Source of the DNA: an uncultured Polyangiaceae bacterium
Lineage (GTDB): Bacteria; Myxococcota_A; Polyangia; Polyangiales; Polyangiaceae
Assembly: GCA_964454025.1 (NCBI GenBank)
Contig: CAYVRP010000002.1
Location: forward strand, 55,242 to 119,241
Direction: 5' to 3'
DNA: 64,000 bases
Shown: one piece after another, positions 39,047 to 51,485 of the stretch
Position numbering within the stretch: position 1 is the stretch's first letter
Layout: every line of letters starts with the position of its first letter
Notes under the pieces: generated by a model
What the model saw: only the letters and a program-made list of their open reading frames with translations
Told to the model about the DNA's origin: nothing
The model's database searches: none
Made by a program: the position numbers and the translations under genes

Positions 39047-39844
39047 CTACCCGCGCGCGCGCACCGCCGCGAGCTCCGCCTCTGCCACCAGCCACGAGTA
39101 GCCGTCGAAGCGATCGAACGACACGTCCGCCGGCGGCGCCGTCGAACCCGGCCCGGGCGAGCGGTGCACCTGCCCGGCGTAGGAGGCGAGGCTGCTCATG
39201 CGCGAGCCCTGATCCACCCGCAGCCCCGTACGCTGGGCGAGCTCGGCGGTGGCCCGATCGAGGTCGCGCGCCGGCACCCCGGTCGTCCCCGGAATGGCGC
39301 TGAGATCGGTCGTGCGTGGATCGACGCGAGCGGACCACCGCACGGTGTGGAAGTGCAGATCGGCGACCTGGAACGTGTCGACCGTGCGCCCGGCGGTGTC
39401 ACGGAAGACCGTGGGCTCGACGCCCCCGACCACGGCGCGGAAGGTCGCGCTGCTCGGCCCCTTCGAGCGCGGAGGTGGCCGCGAGTCGGCGCCGCCCTCG
39501 CCGCGCACGATCGCCAGCACCGCCGCGTAGGGGCGCTCCATGTCCTGGGCGCGGACGCGCAGGACGAGCCCGTCCGGCTCCAGGCGCACCGCCGGCGCCT
39601 TGATGAATTGCCGGTCCGAGCTCCACGCCCGATCGAGATCGACGGCCACCACCGGGAACCCGTCGCGACGCAGCCGCTGCACCAGGTCCTCGGCCTGCTC
39701 GTGATCCGCCAGCGCCCGGATCACCGCCCACCAGCCCGGCTTGATGCGGGAGCGCAGGTCGTAGACGACGAGCCCCGTCGCCGCCGCCAGCTTGGCGAAG
39801 GCCGCGGGCGACCCGTCGAAGGAGGGACCGAGCAGAACGAGCAT
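39047..39844 (-). CDS. Hypothetical cytoplasmic protein
   Basis: There is no recognisable motif. GC3 is about 93% by hand count and the composition is balanced (MLVLLGPSFDGSPAAFAKLAAATGLVVYDL...). Confidence 0.55.
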   Translation of the reverse strand: MLVLLGPSFDGSPAAFAKLAAATGLVVYDLRSRIKPGWWAVIRALADHEQAEDLVQRLRRDGFPVVAVDLDRAWSSDRQFIKAPAVRLEPDGLVLRVRAQDMERPYAAVLAIVRGEGGADSRPPPRSKGPSSATFRAVVGGVEPTVFRDTAGRTVDTFQVADLHFHTVRWSARVDPRTTDLSAIPGTTGVPARDLDRATAELAQRTGLRVDQGSRMSSLASYAGQVHRSPGPGSTAPPADVSFDRFDGYSWLVAEAELAAVRARG

Positions 39845-40285
39845 GAACGAGCCCGAACCTCAAGCATACCGACTGGGTCCGCGGGGAGGCGAAAAAACTC
39901 CCACACGGGCCGGCGAGCGCGGATCCTCGAGCACCCGGGCGCCGGTTCCGCCCCGCGGCCCTGGTGCCGCGGCGCCGCTCTTGGAGCCTCCTTGCGCGTC
40001 GATCGAGAGGGCTCAGGGGAGGGGCCGGCGCAGCGCGGGCACGCGCCGAGCCCCCGCGCCTGGCGGGGCTGCGCGCCCGCCAGCGCGTCGCCTGCGCGGC
40101 CCGGCCCCGGACGGGGCTCCCAGCCCCGCGTGCGTCTGGTCCTCGGCGCCACGTCGCGAGGCCATCGACCGAGTCACGCGCGCGGCCCTCCGGGGCGTCC
40201 GGAGACGGGCACCCCGTCGTCCCCCGTCACCGCGCGGCGGCCCCCCGCGTTGTCGCCCACGCCCGCCGCGACTATTCGCGCGGTG

Positions 40286-41905
40286 ATGCCCACCTCCGTT
40301 CGAGGTCCGGCCCGTGCGGTTCGAGACGACGGTGCCCCCGGCAGCGCGACCCTGGCCCGACGGGTCGTGGCCGCCGCGGCCCTGGCCGCGGTGTTGGCCG
40401 CCCTGGGCTGCGCCGGCCCCAATCGGCCCGCCTCGGGCCCGGGCGCGGCGCGAGCCACGCGGGATCCGGCGCGCTCCCCGAGGGTCGTCGTGGACGCCGC
40501 GTCGAACGGCGAGGAGGTCGGCCCGCCGCCGCCGCCCCCGGGCCCCCTCGGCGCGGTCGAGTTCCCGAAGGTAGTCCGGACCGACCTCGACGGGGGCCTG
40601 ACGCTCCTGGTCGCGCCCCAGCCGAGGACGCCGCTCGCCACGGTGGCGCTGGTGGTCAGGACCGAAGCCGCGTCCCCTGGTGACGCGCCCGGCGCCGCGC
40701 GCCTGGTGGCCCGCTTGACGGGCGCGGCGCTCGAGCGCCGCCGGCTCCGCGAGGGCGTGCGCGCCGCGGGGTGGAGCGCCGCCACGACGGTCGAGCAGGC
40801 CGGGATCGCCTGGTGGTTGCAGGTCGCGCCCGGCGGCGTGGGCGACGCGCTGGCGGCGCTCGTGGAGCTGGTCACCGAGCAGACCCCGCTCGTGACGGAC
40901 TTCGAGCGGGCGCGCGGCCTCGAGATCGAGGGGCTCCGCGCCCGCGCCGCGCTCGACACCCCTTACGCCGCCCGGCTCGCCGTCGAGCGGGCGCTCCCCG
41001 CGCCGGACGGCCGCGCGACGCTCGACGCCACCGCGCGTGATCTCGAGCTGGTTTCGCTCCGCGACTGCCGGGCCTGGCACACCGCCCACGTCGTGCGCGC
41101 GAACGCTTCGATCGTGGTCGTCGGGGACGTCGATCCCGAGGCGACCGCCGGAGACGGGCGACGGATCTTCGCGGCGTGGCGCTCGGCGAGCCCGCCGCCG
41201 GCGGCGCGCGGGAGCTCGGCCGCGGACCCCGTGCGCGCCGACGCGGGTGAGCCGGCGCGCGCCATCGAGCTCCTCTCGCGCGAGGCGGCGCGTCTCGCGG
41301 ACGTGCTCCTGGTGGCGGCCGCGCCCGCGGCGACGCCGCGTGAGCTCGCGGCCCTGCAGGCCGCCGTGGCCGTCCGCTGCGCCTCCCTGCGCCTCGCGCC
41401 GCCGCCGGGCGGCGCCGTCGGGTCCGCGGCGCGCCCCCGCTGGTGCACGCTGGAGTCGCACGGCGATGGGCTGGCGTGGCTGCTCGTCGGGCAGCGAGTG
41501 CCGCCCGACGCGGCGATCGCCGTGGCCGCGCAGCTCACGGCGTGGAGCGCCGAGCCCGACGCCGCCGCCGTCAGCGCCGCCGCGGTCACGGCGGCGGTCC
41601 GCGCTCATCTCGGGCAGCTGCCGCTGCGTTGGACCAGCAATCGGTCGCTCGCCGAGGAGCTGGTGCGCGAGCTGATGACGGGCGTCACGCCCGACGGCGG
41701 TCGCGCCGAGCACGACCTCTGGACGTCGCTCACCGTCGAGGAGGTCGCACGCGGGAGCGACGCGCTGCTCGCGGCGCGCCGCCGCCGGCTCGTCGTGCTC
41801 GGTGACCCCGAGCAGCTCGCGCCGCCGCTCTCGCGCCTGGGAACGGTGAGCGTACGCGATACGGTCGACTTCGCGGTGCTGCGGAGCCTGCCGGGATCTC
41901 GATGA
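40286..41905 (+). CDS. Peptidase M16 (pitrilysin/insulinase)-like lipoprotein lacking the HxxEH zinc motif
   Basis: ATG at 40286. The lipobox is LAALGC. The M16 N-domain pattern is DLDGGLTLLVAPQPRTPLATVALVVRTEAASPGDAPGAARLVARLTG. In it, ARLVAR occupies the place of HxxEH. Confidence 0.6.
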   Translation: MPTSVRGPARAVRDDGAPGSATLARRVVAAAALAAVLAALGCAGPNRPASGPGAARATRDPARSPRVVVDAASNGEEVGPPPPPPGPLGAVEFPKVVRTDLDGGLTLLVAPQPRTPLATVALVVRTEAASPGDAPGAARLVARLTGAALERRRLREGVRAAGWSAATTVEQAGIAWWLQVAPGGVGDALAALVELVTEQTPLVTDFERARGLEIEGLRARAALDTPYAARLAVERALPAPDGRATLDATARDLELVSLRDCRAWHTAHVVRANASIVVVGDVDPEATAGDGRRIFAAWRSASPPPAARGSSAADPVRADAGEPARAIELLSREAARLADVLLVAAAPAATPRELAALQAAVAVRCASLRLAPPPGGAVGSAARPRWCTLESHGDGLAWLLVGQRVPPDAAIAVAAQLTAWSAEPDAAAVSAAAVTAAVRAHLGQLPLRWTSNRSLAEELVRELMTGVTPDGGRAEHDLWTSLTVEEVARGSDALLAARRRRLVVLGDPEQLAPPLSRLGTVSVRDTVDFAVLRSLPGSR

Positions 41906-41989
41906 ACGGCGGGCCGGCCACGAGCTGGGGACAGACGCTGTGCGGAGACTGAGGGGCACCTGGGACGGACCTCGGGACAAGGTCCGGCG

Positions 41990-42377
41990 ATGCTGTGTTC
42001 AGGGTACTAAAGTTCAGTCCATTCGTGCCCTTCCCCCCATATCACCCATAGCTTGTGGTTTTTAGTTGCCCGACCCCAACCTGTTGGGGTACACCCGGTT
42101 CTCGCTCGTCGCGTCCTCCAGTGCGCAAGCGTGCAGCCGGCACCCTCGGCACACGCCGAGCCACGGGGCAGGCGGGCCGATAGAGAAACCATACCGGCTT
42201 GCTGTTCGGTCCCTCCTAGGAGGGAGTCGGCTTCGCGAAGAGAGGGTCGCCCCCTTCGGTGCACCAAGGAGCGCCGAGCGGGGGACAGGGAAGTTTTTTT
42301 CTGGAGTTTCGCGGAAGCAGCCGAGATCGCCCGCAGCGGCGACGCCGGCTGCCCCCCGGGGAAGGAAGTGGACAGGG
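41990..42377 (+). promoter_or_regulatory. AT-rich promoter island plus a structured 5' leader of about 300 nt upstream of nrdJ
   Basis: This is the lowest-GC stretch I found in the window (about 41995-42070). It contains a GTTCAG direct repeat at 41997 and 42012. Hairpins lie at 42074-42089 and 42145-42160. A palindrome CCCTCCTAGGAGGG lies at 42211-42224. A bulged stem pairs 42247-42255 with 42280-42286. A T7 run lies at 42294-42300. A nested helix spans 42317-42351, just before the AAGGAAG Shine-Dalgarno-like site. Confidence 0.5.
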
Positions 42378-45893
<3,516 letters not shown>

Positions 45894-45954
45894 CGCGCGC
45901 CGAACGGCCGGTTTGCCCGCTTCATCCCGAGATTCTCGCGATCTCGGTGCAATT

Positions 45955-45989
45955 CCGCGACATCTCGGCTAGAAGGGCGGATGTCGCGG
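45955..45989 (+). terminator. Stem-loop about 60 nt after the nrdJ stop (10-bp perfect arms CCGCGACATC / GATGTCGCGG, 15-nt loop); no U-tract
   Basis: Read directly. The arm sequence is also partly echoed at 45938-45947 (tcgcgatctc). Confidence 0.3.
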
Positions 45990-46104
45990 CGGGACCTGGC
46001 CCGTGCCGGGTGGGGTTCCGGGACCGCGGAGGGCCCAGGCCCAGCCGTACCCCCGTCAACACGTCTTCCTGTCGTCGCGGGCTCGACCCGCTCGGAGAAA
46101 CGCG

Positions 46105-46527
46105 ATGATCGATCGTTCGCCGCTCACCAGTACCGCCGCCCACGTCGCGTTCGGCCTGCTCCTGTCCTTCGGCCTCATGGGGAGCATGTGCAAGAAGGAC
46201 GAGGAGCCGCCGCCCATGCCGTCCGCCACGGCCGAGCCCACCGTGGCCGCGCCGACGGTCCTCACCTTCCAGGAGGAGCTGGACGCGGGCGCCGACGCCG
46301 ACGCCGCCAAGCCCCGCGGCACGGGGGCGCCCGCGCAGAGCCTGAAGAACTGCTGCACCGCCCTCAAGCAGAACGCCGCCGGCGCGCCGGATCCGATGAA
46401 GTCCTACATGATGGCCGCGGCGGGTGCCTGTGACGCGGCGGTCGCCTCGGGGGCGGATCGCAACGCCGCGATGAGCGGGATCCGCGCCGCCCTCGGCGGC
46501 GCCGCCCTGCCGGCGGCTTGCTTCTGA
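46105..46527 (+). CDS. Small lipoprotein (140 aa), unknown function
   Basis: ATG at 46105. HVAFGLLLSFGLMGSMC is a lipobox. A Cys pair (NCC) and a C-terminal ...ALPAACF are present. Confidence 0.6.
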   Translation: MIDRSPLTSTAAHVAFGLLLSFGLMGSMCKKDEEPPPMPSATAEPTVAAPTVLTFQEELDAGADADAAKPRGTGAPAQSLKNCCTALKQNAAGAPDPMKSYMMAAAGACDAAVASGADRNAAMSGIRAALGGAALPAACF

Positions 46528-46632
46528 TTGCCCCTCGGGGGGCGCTCGCCGGGTGCCCTCGAGCGTGTCCCCGTTCCCTCGCGGGCGTGGCGGGGACGCC
46601 GGGGGTGTGATCGGGTCGCGACCCGGGGGCGA

Positions 46633-47628
46633 TCAGGCGCCGTGCTCGAAGCCGGACCCGACCGGCACGCGCGCGCCCCCGACCCGCGCCAGGAGGGCAC
46701 GCTGGCCCGCCTCGACGCGCCCGATGCGGGTGCTCGCCGGGTGGGGGCGGTGTCCGCGCGTCGTGATCACCAGCGCGTAGTCTTCACCGCCCTCGAGCGC
46801 GAGCACGAGCGGATCGATCCCGATGGCGGCGCTCACGGCGACGAGCTCCGGGCGGAGCGCGCCGCGGAGCGCGCCCTCGTCGAGCACGACGCCGACACCG
46901 CTCGCGCGGGCGAGCTGCCCGACGTCGCCGCCGAGCCCGTCGGAGACGTCGATGGCCGCGGTGGCGACCCGGGCGGCCGCGAGCCCCTCCGCGACCCGGG
47001 CGCGCGGCCGCCGCCAGGCCGCGACGCAGGCGGCGCCCGGGCGCGCGCGACGCCACGCCGCGGGTCCGTCGCGAAGGAGCCGGAGCCCCGCGGCAGCCAG
47101 GCCGACCTCCCCGACCAGCCACACGACGTCGCCGGGCCGCGCGCCGCGCCGGGTGACGACCCGACGCGCGGCGCCGATGGCGGTGGTGGTCACCGACAGG
47201 ACGTCCCCACCGGAGACGTTGCCGCCCACGACCGGGCACCCGAGCGCCTTCGCCGCCGCCGCCTGGCCGCGCCCGAGCGCCCCCAGCTCCGCGCGCGTGA
47301 AGCCGGCGGGGAGGACGAGGCTCGAGAGCGCCGCGACCGGGCGGGCGCCCATCGCCCCGAGGTCGCTGACGGCAGCGTGGAACGAGCGCCACCCGACGTC
47401 GCCGAGGGAGAGCCACGCCCGATCGAAATGGACGCCCTCGACGCAGGCGTCCACCGTGCACACGACGCGTCCGCGCGGCCACCGGATGACGGCCGCGTCG
47501 TCGCCGATCCCGAGCTCGATCTCGGGCCCGGCGGCGCCGAAGAGCCGCGCCAGGGCGGCGATCGCCGCGCGCTCGGCGACGGTCCCCGCGGCCTTGGCGC
47601 GCCGCCGAGCCGGCGCCGGCCTCGTCAC
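46633..47628 (-). CDS. thiL: Thiamine-monophosphate kinase
   Basis: The protein is PurM-like: LGIGDDAAVI, VHFD, AVSDLGAMGARP, GGNVSGG. GTG at 47628 overlaps the stop of the upstream kinase gene (GTGA). Confidence 0.85.
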   Translation of the reverse strand: MTRPAPARRRAKAAGTVAERAAIAALARLFGAAGPEIELGIGDDAAVIRWPRGRVVCTVDACVEGVHFDRAWLSLGDVGWRSFHAAVSDLGAMGARPVAALSSLVLPAGFTRAELGALGRGQAAAAKALGCPVVGGNVSGGDVLSVTTTAIGAARRVVTRRGARPGDVVWLVGEVGLAAAGLRLLRDGPAAWRRARPGAACVAAWRRPRARVAEGLAAARVATAAIDVSDGLGGDVGQLARASGVGVVLDEGALRGALRPELVAVSAAIGIDPLVLALEGGEDYALVITTRGHRPHPASTRIGRVEAGQRALLARVGGARVPVGSGFEHGA

Positions 47629-49043
47629 CCCATCGTCTCCTGGTGCGCGGGCAACGTCACCACGAAGACGGTGCCCTGGGGGAAGTTCTCCTCGACCCGA
47701 ACGCGCCCCTGGTGCCCCTCCACCAGGCGCTTGACGATCGACAGCCCGAGCCCCGCGCCGCCCTGCTCGCGGGTGGAGCTCGAGTCGACCTGATAGAACG
47801 CCTCGAACACCTTCGCTCGCTCCGCCTCCGGGATGCCGATCCCGGTGTCGATGACCCGGACCTCCACCGCGGGCAGCGTCCCGGAGAAGAGCACGTGCCC
47901 CGCGTCCTCCCCGTCCCCCGCGTCGAGCGCCCCGTTGCCCACGGTGAGGGTCACCGCCCCGGACGACGGGGTGAACTTGATCGCGTTCTCCGTCAGGTTG
48001 AGGAACACCTGCCGCAGGCGCTCGCCGTCTCCCCAGACCGTATGGGGGCCCGGCGTCGCGGCGACCTCGAGCGTCACCCCCTTCTTGCGCGCGGTCGGCG
48101 CCAACGTGGTCAAGACGTCGCCCACCACCGTGGCCACGTCCACCGCCTCCCGCCGGAACCGCATGGTCCCGCTCTCCAGCCGGGACAGGTCGAGCAGGCT
48201 CTTGATGAGCTCGAGGAGCTGGTCGCCCTTCTCGCGGATGGTGGTGACGAACTCGAGCTGGTCCGCCGTGAGCTCCCCGCCGATCCCCTCCATCAGCATC
48301 TCGCTATAACCGATGATGGACGTGAGCGGCGTGCGGAGCTCGTGCGACACCGTGGCGAGGAAATTGCTCTTCAGGCGGTCGAGCTCCTTGAGCCGGTCGT
48401 ACGCCTCCTGCAGGCGCTGGCTCTTGGCCTCGAGCTCCCGGTAGCTCTCGCGCACGCTCGCCAGGTGCATCTTGCTGGTGAGGAGGGCCTTGTGGCCGCT
48501 GAACAGGATGAGGTCGAGCGTGCGCTGCAGGTGGCTCGCGATCTGCCCCACGGTCTGCTGCCGCGCCCGCGGCATCTTCGCCAGGAGCGCGGCCGCTTGC
48601 TCGGCGTCGAGGTCCGGATCGAGCTCGAGCAGGGTGCTCGGGGGCTCCCGGACGGCGAGGGGCAAGAACGGACCGAAGACCATGCGCCCGAGCTGACGTC
48701 CGTCGTAGCTGATCGCGACCACGCGGTAGACGCCCCCCGTCACCGAGGGGATGACGAGATCGCCGTCGACCCCGGGGTCGGCCGCCTTCACGGTCGAGAT
48801 CTCGTCCGCCAGCGCCCGCCGCGCCTGGCGGAGCGAATCGAGGTAGACGTAGAGTGGCGCGGGGTGGCGCGCGTCCGCCAGGACGCGGCCCTCGGCGCTG
48901 AAGATCCGGAGCGGCACCCGGAAGAGCTCGTAGAAACTCGTGGCGAGCTCACCGAGCGCGCTCCGATCGACGAGCGTCTCCAGGGTGGCGCCCCGGCCGA
49001 GGGTCAGGTCGTCGAGGCTCTCGCGCCGCAGGCCCTCGCTCAT
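47625..49043 (-). CDS. Soluble (no TM segment) sensor histidine kinase with an N-terminal sensory domain of about 200 aa
   Basis: ATG at 49043 overlaps the GTPase stop (ATGA). A coiled coil leads into the H-box SHELRTPLTSIIGYSEML. The N-box is LTENAIKFT. The G boxes are DTGIGIP and GGAGLGLSIVKRLV. No receiver gene sits in the operon. Confidence 0.88.
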   Translation of the reverse strand: MSEGLRRESLDDLTLGRGATLETLVDRSALGELATSFYELFRVPLRIFSAEGRVLADARHPAPLYVYLDSLRQARRALADEISTVKAADPGVDGDLVIPSVTGGVYRVVAISYDGRQLGRMVFGPFLPLAVREPPSTLLELDPDLDAEQAAALLAKMPRARQQTVGQIASHLQRTLDLILFSGHKALLTSKMHLASVRESYRELEAKSQRLQEAYDRLKELDRLKSNFLATVSHELRTPLTSIIGYSEMLMEGIGGELTADQLEFVTTIREKGDQLLELIKSLLDLSRLESGTMRFRREAVDVATVVGDVLTTLAPTARKKGVTLEVAATPGPHTVWGDGERLRQVFLNLTENAIKFTPSSGAVTLTVGNGALDAGDGEDAGHVLFSGTLPAVEVRVIDTGIGIPEAERAKVFEAFYQVDSSSTREQGGAGLGLSIVKRLVEGHQGRVRVEENFPQGTVFVVTLPAHQETMG

Positions 49044-49771
49044 CGGGAACCGTCCTCCCCGGCGGGGGGCTCGATCCGACCGCCGACGCAGGTCGCGAGG
49101 ATCTCCGCGACCGGGCGCTCCTGCCCCAGGCTCCGCGCCACCTGGGACAGGAACCGCGCGGAGTCGAACCCGAACTTCGCGCTGAGACCGTGCGCCCGCT
49201 CGAGGGACATCCACGTCAGGTGGAGCAGGCCGAGGAAGCTCTCGACCACCCCGACCCCCTGGGTGGCGACGGCGAGGAAGACCGCCTCGCGCCCCTGCCG
49301 GGAGCTCTGCGCGATCTCCGCCTCGCTACGGATCCCCGGCAGGTCCCGCTTGTTGAACTGGATGACGACCGGCATGTGCTTCAGGTTGATGCCGTGCGCC
49401 TTGAGGTTCTCCTTCAGGTCCAGGAAGGAGGCCGCGTTGTTCTGGGTCTCGGACACCTGGGAGTCGGCGATGAACGCGATACCATCGGCGCCCTGCACGA
49501 CGAGCCGCCGCGTCGAGGCGTGGATCACCTGACCGGGTACGGTGAACACCTTGAGGCGCACCGCGAGACCGCCCGGATCGCGAAACGCGAGCGGCAGGAG
49601 GTCGAAGAACAGGGTCCGATCGTCGCGCGTCTCCAGGGTCATCAGGCGCCCGGCCGTCTTCTCGTCCGCCGCCTCGTGCAGCGCCTGCAGGTTGGTCGTC
49701 TTCCCGCTGAGCGCGGGGCCGTAGTAGACGAGCTTGATGGTCAGCTCCCGAGCCGAGAAGTCGAGCTGCAC
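49040..49771 (-). CDS. MglA-family Ras-like small GTPase with a C-terminal extension of about 50 aa
   Basis: Compared with my recollection of M. xanthus MglA, the G motifs align: IKLVYYGPALSGKTTNLQ (P-loop), TRDDRTLFFDLLP (switch I), FTVPGQV (switch II), QFNKRDL (G4) and AVATQGVGV (G5). Confidence 0.85.
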   Translation of the reverse strand: MQLDFSARELTIKLVYYGPALSGKTTNLQALHEAADEKTAGRLMTLETRDDRTLFFDLLPLAFRDPGGLAVRLKVFTVPGQVIHASTRRLVVQGADGIAFIADSQVSETQNNAASFLDLKENLKAHGINLKHMPVVIQFNKRDLPGIRSEAEIAQSSRQGREAVFLAVATQGVGVVESFLGLLHLTWMSLERAHGLSAKFGFDSARFLSQVARSLGQERPVAEILATCVGGRIEPPAGEDGSR

Positions 49772-50011
49772 CGTCAGGCCCCCCGGGGGCGCCCGGGACG
49801 ACTCACCGAAGCCGCTGGCCGATGCGGATCGTGGCCGAGCAGAGGCACCACGAGCAGACCCTATCGCACCTTGCCCCCGCGGCGCACCCCCCGGGGCGCG
49901 CTTGCTGGGACCGGAGCCCGCGCTCGGCGCCGGACCGGTCCGCCCGCGCCCGGCGGGCGGCCACCCTCGCCACTCGCCGCGGGTCGCCGGCCGCGCCCGC
50001 CCGGGGGCGCC

Positions 50012-51400
50012 TCAGCGCGTCCCGGTCTGCCAGGCGCGCCGCGCCGCCGCGAGGGCGGCCTCGACGCGGGCGCGCGCCGGACCCCCGAACAGATCGCGGC
50101 GCTCTACCGCCCGGGTGGGATCGAGCACCTCGCGGCCCGCGGGCGTGCCGCGGCTCGGGTGCACGGCCGCGAGCGTGGCCGCCGGCAGCTCCTCGAGCTC
50201 GCCCCCCAGCTCCTCCGCGCGGCGGACCAGCCCGCCGACGGCGTGGTGCGCCTCGCGGAACGGCATCCCCTCGCGCACCAGGAAGTCGGCGAGGTCGGTC
50301 GCGCAGAGGTGGCCTCGCAGCAGCGCCGCGCGCATGCGGTCGCGCGCGAAGCGCGCGGTGGCGATCGCCCCCGTGAGCGCGCGCAGGCAGACGATGGCGC
50401 TGTCGCAGGCGTCGATGATCGGGCGCTTGTCCTCCTGCAGGTCCCGGCCGTACCCCAGGCAGAGGCCCTTCTCCAGCACCAGGAGCGCCGTCACCGCGCC
50501 GATGGTCCGCGCGCTCTGCCCCCGCACGAGCTCGGCGACGTCGGGGTTCTTCTTCTGGGGCATCATCGACGAGCTGGTCGTGAAGGCGTCGGCGAGCGCC
50601 ACGAACCCGAACTCCTGGCTGGACCAGATCACCAGCTCCTCGCCGATCCGCGAGAGGTGGACCCCGAGGATGGCGAGCGCCGCCGCCACCTCCATCAAGA
50701 AGTCCCGGCTCGCGGTGGCGTCCAGCGAGTTGCGCGACGGCCCGTCGAACTCGAGCGCCCGCGCGACCGCCGCCCGGTCCAGCGGGAAGCCGGTGCCCGC
50801 CGCCGCGCCGGACCCGAGGGGGCACTCGTTGAGGCGACGGAGGGCGTCCTCGAGCCGCCCCCGATCCCGCCACAGCATCTCCTGCCACGCCAGGAGGTGA
50901 TGGGCGAGACGGCTCGGCTGCCCGCGCTGCAGGTGCGTGTAGGCGGGCATGAGCGTGTCGAGCTCGTCGCCCGCCCGCTCCAGGATGGCAGACGCCAGCC
51001 CTGTCATCGCCTCCACGATCTCGCGGCCCCGCCGCCGCACGTAGAGGCGCAGATCCGTCGCGACCTGGTCGTTCCGGGAGCGCCCCGTGTGCAGCTTGCC
51101 CCCCAGCGGACCCACGAGGGCGGTGAGCCGCGCCTCGATGTTCATGTGGACGTCCTCGCGATCCGGATCCCACCGGAACTCCCCGCGCTCGATCTCGCCC
51201 GCGATCTGCTCCAGGCCCCGCACCAGCTCGTCGGCCTCCGCCGAGGTGATGACCCCCGCCAGCGCCAGCCCTCGCGCATGCGCGATCGACCCGGCGACGT
51301 CCTCGCGCCAGAGCTCCCGGTCGATGTCCACGCTGGTGTTGAGCCGCGCCATCGCCGCGTCGACGGCGTCGGGCAGACGGCCTCCTCGCGCCACGCTCAT
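50012..51400 (-). CDS. argH: Argininosuccinate lyase
   Basis: HTGRSRNDQVATDLRLY and the fumarate-lyase signature SSMMPQKKNPDVAELVRG are present. Confidence 0.93.
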   Translation of the reverse strand: MSVARGGRLPDAVDAAMARLNTSVDIDRELWREDVAGSIAHARGLALAGVITSAEADELVRGLEQIAGEIERGEFRWDPDREDVHMNIEARLTALVGPLGGKLHTGRSRNDQVATDLRLYVRRRGREIVEAMTGLASAILERAGDELDTLMPAYTHLQRGQPSRLAHHLLAWQEMLWRDRGRLEDALRRLNECPLGSGAAAGTGFPLDRAAVARALEFDGPSRNSLDATASRDFLMEVAAALAILGVHLSRIGEELVIWSSQEFGFVALADAFTTSSSMMPQKKNPDVAELVRGQSARTIGAVTALLVLEKGLCLGYGRDLQEDKRPIIDACDSAIVCLRALTGAIATARFARDRMRAALLRGHLCATDLADFLVREGMPFREAHHAVGGLVRRAEELGGELEELPAATLAAVHPSRGTPAGREVLDPTRAVERRDLFGGPARARVEAALAAARRAWQTGTR

Positions 51401-51485
51401 CCCTGCTCCGCACCTTTCCGCGCTCCGCGCCGCCCGCGACCGCGCCGAGGAGGCTAGCCGCCGCTCCGCCGCGACGCAACGCGCG

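Noticed and set aside
39883-39905. GGGAG-GCGAAAAAA-CTCCC hairpin with an A6 run as a terminator
   Set aside because: The A/T run lies in the loop rather than after the stem. The element sits in a divergent promoter region between two gene starts, so a terminator role makes no sense.
42040-42200. NrdR box or cobalamin riboswitch in the nrdJ leader
   Set aside because: I could not align any 16-bp acaCwAtATaTwGtgt palindrome. I also could not align the cobalamin core (GGGAA...GGTG..AA..CC...GCCACTG...GGGAAGGC in order). Only isolated fragments match (CCAGTGCG.AA, GCCACGG). The region is left as an unclassified leader pending a covariance-model search.
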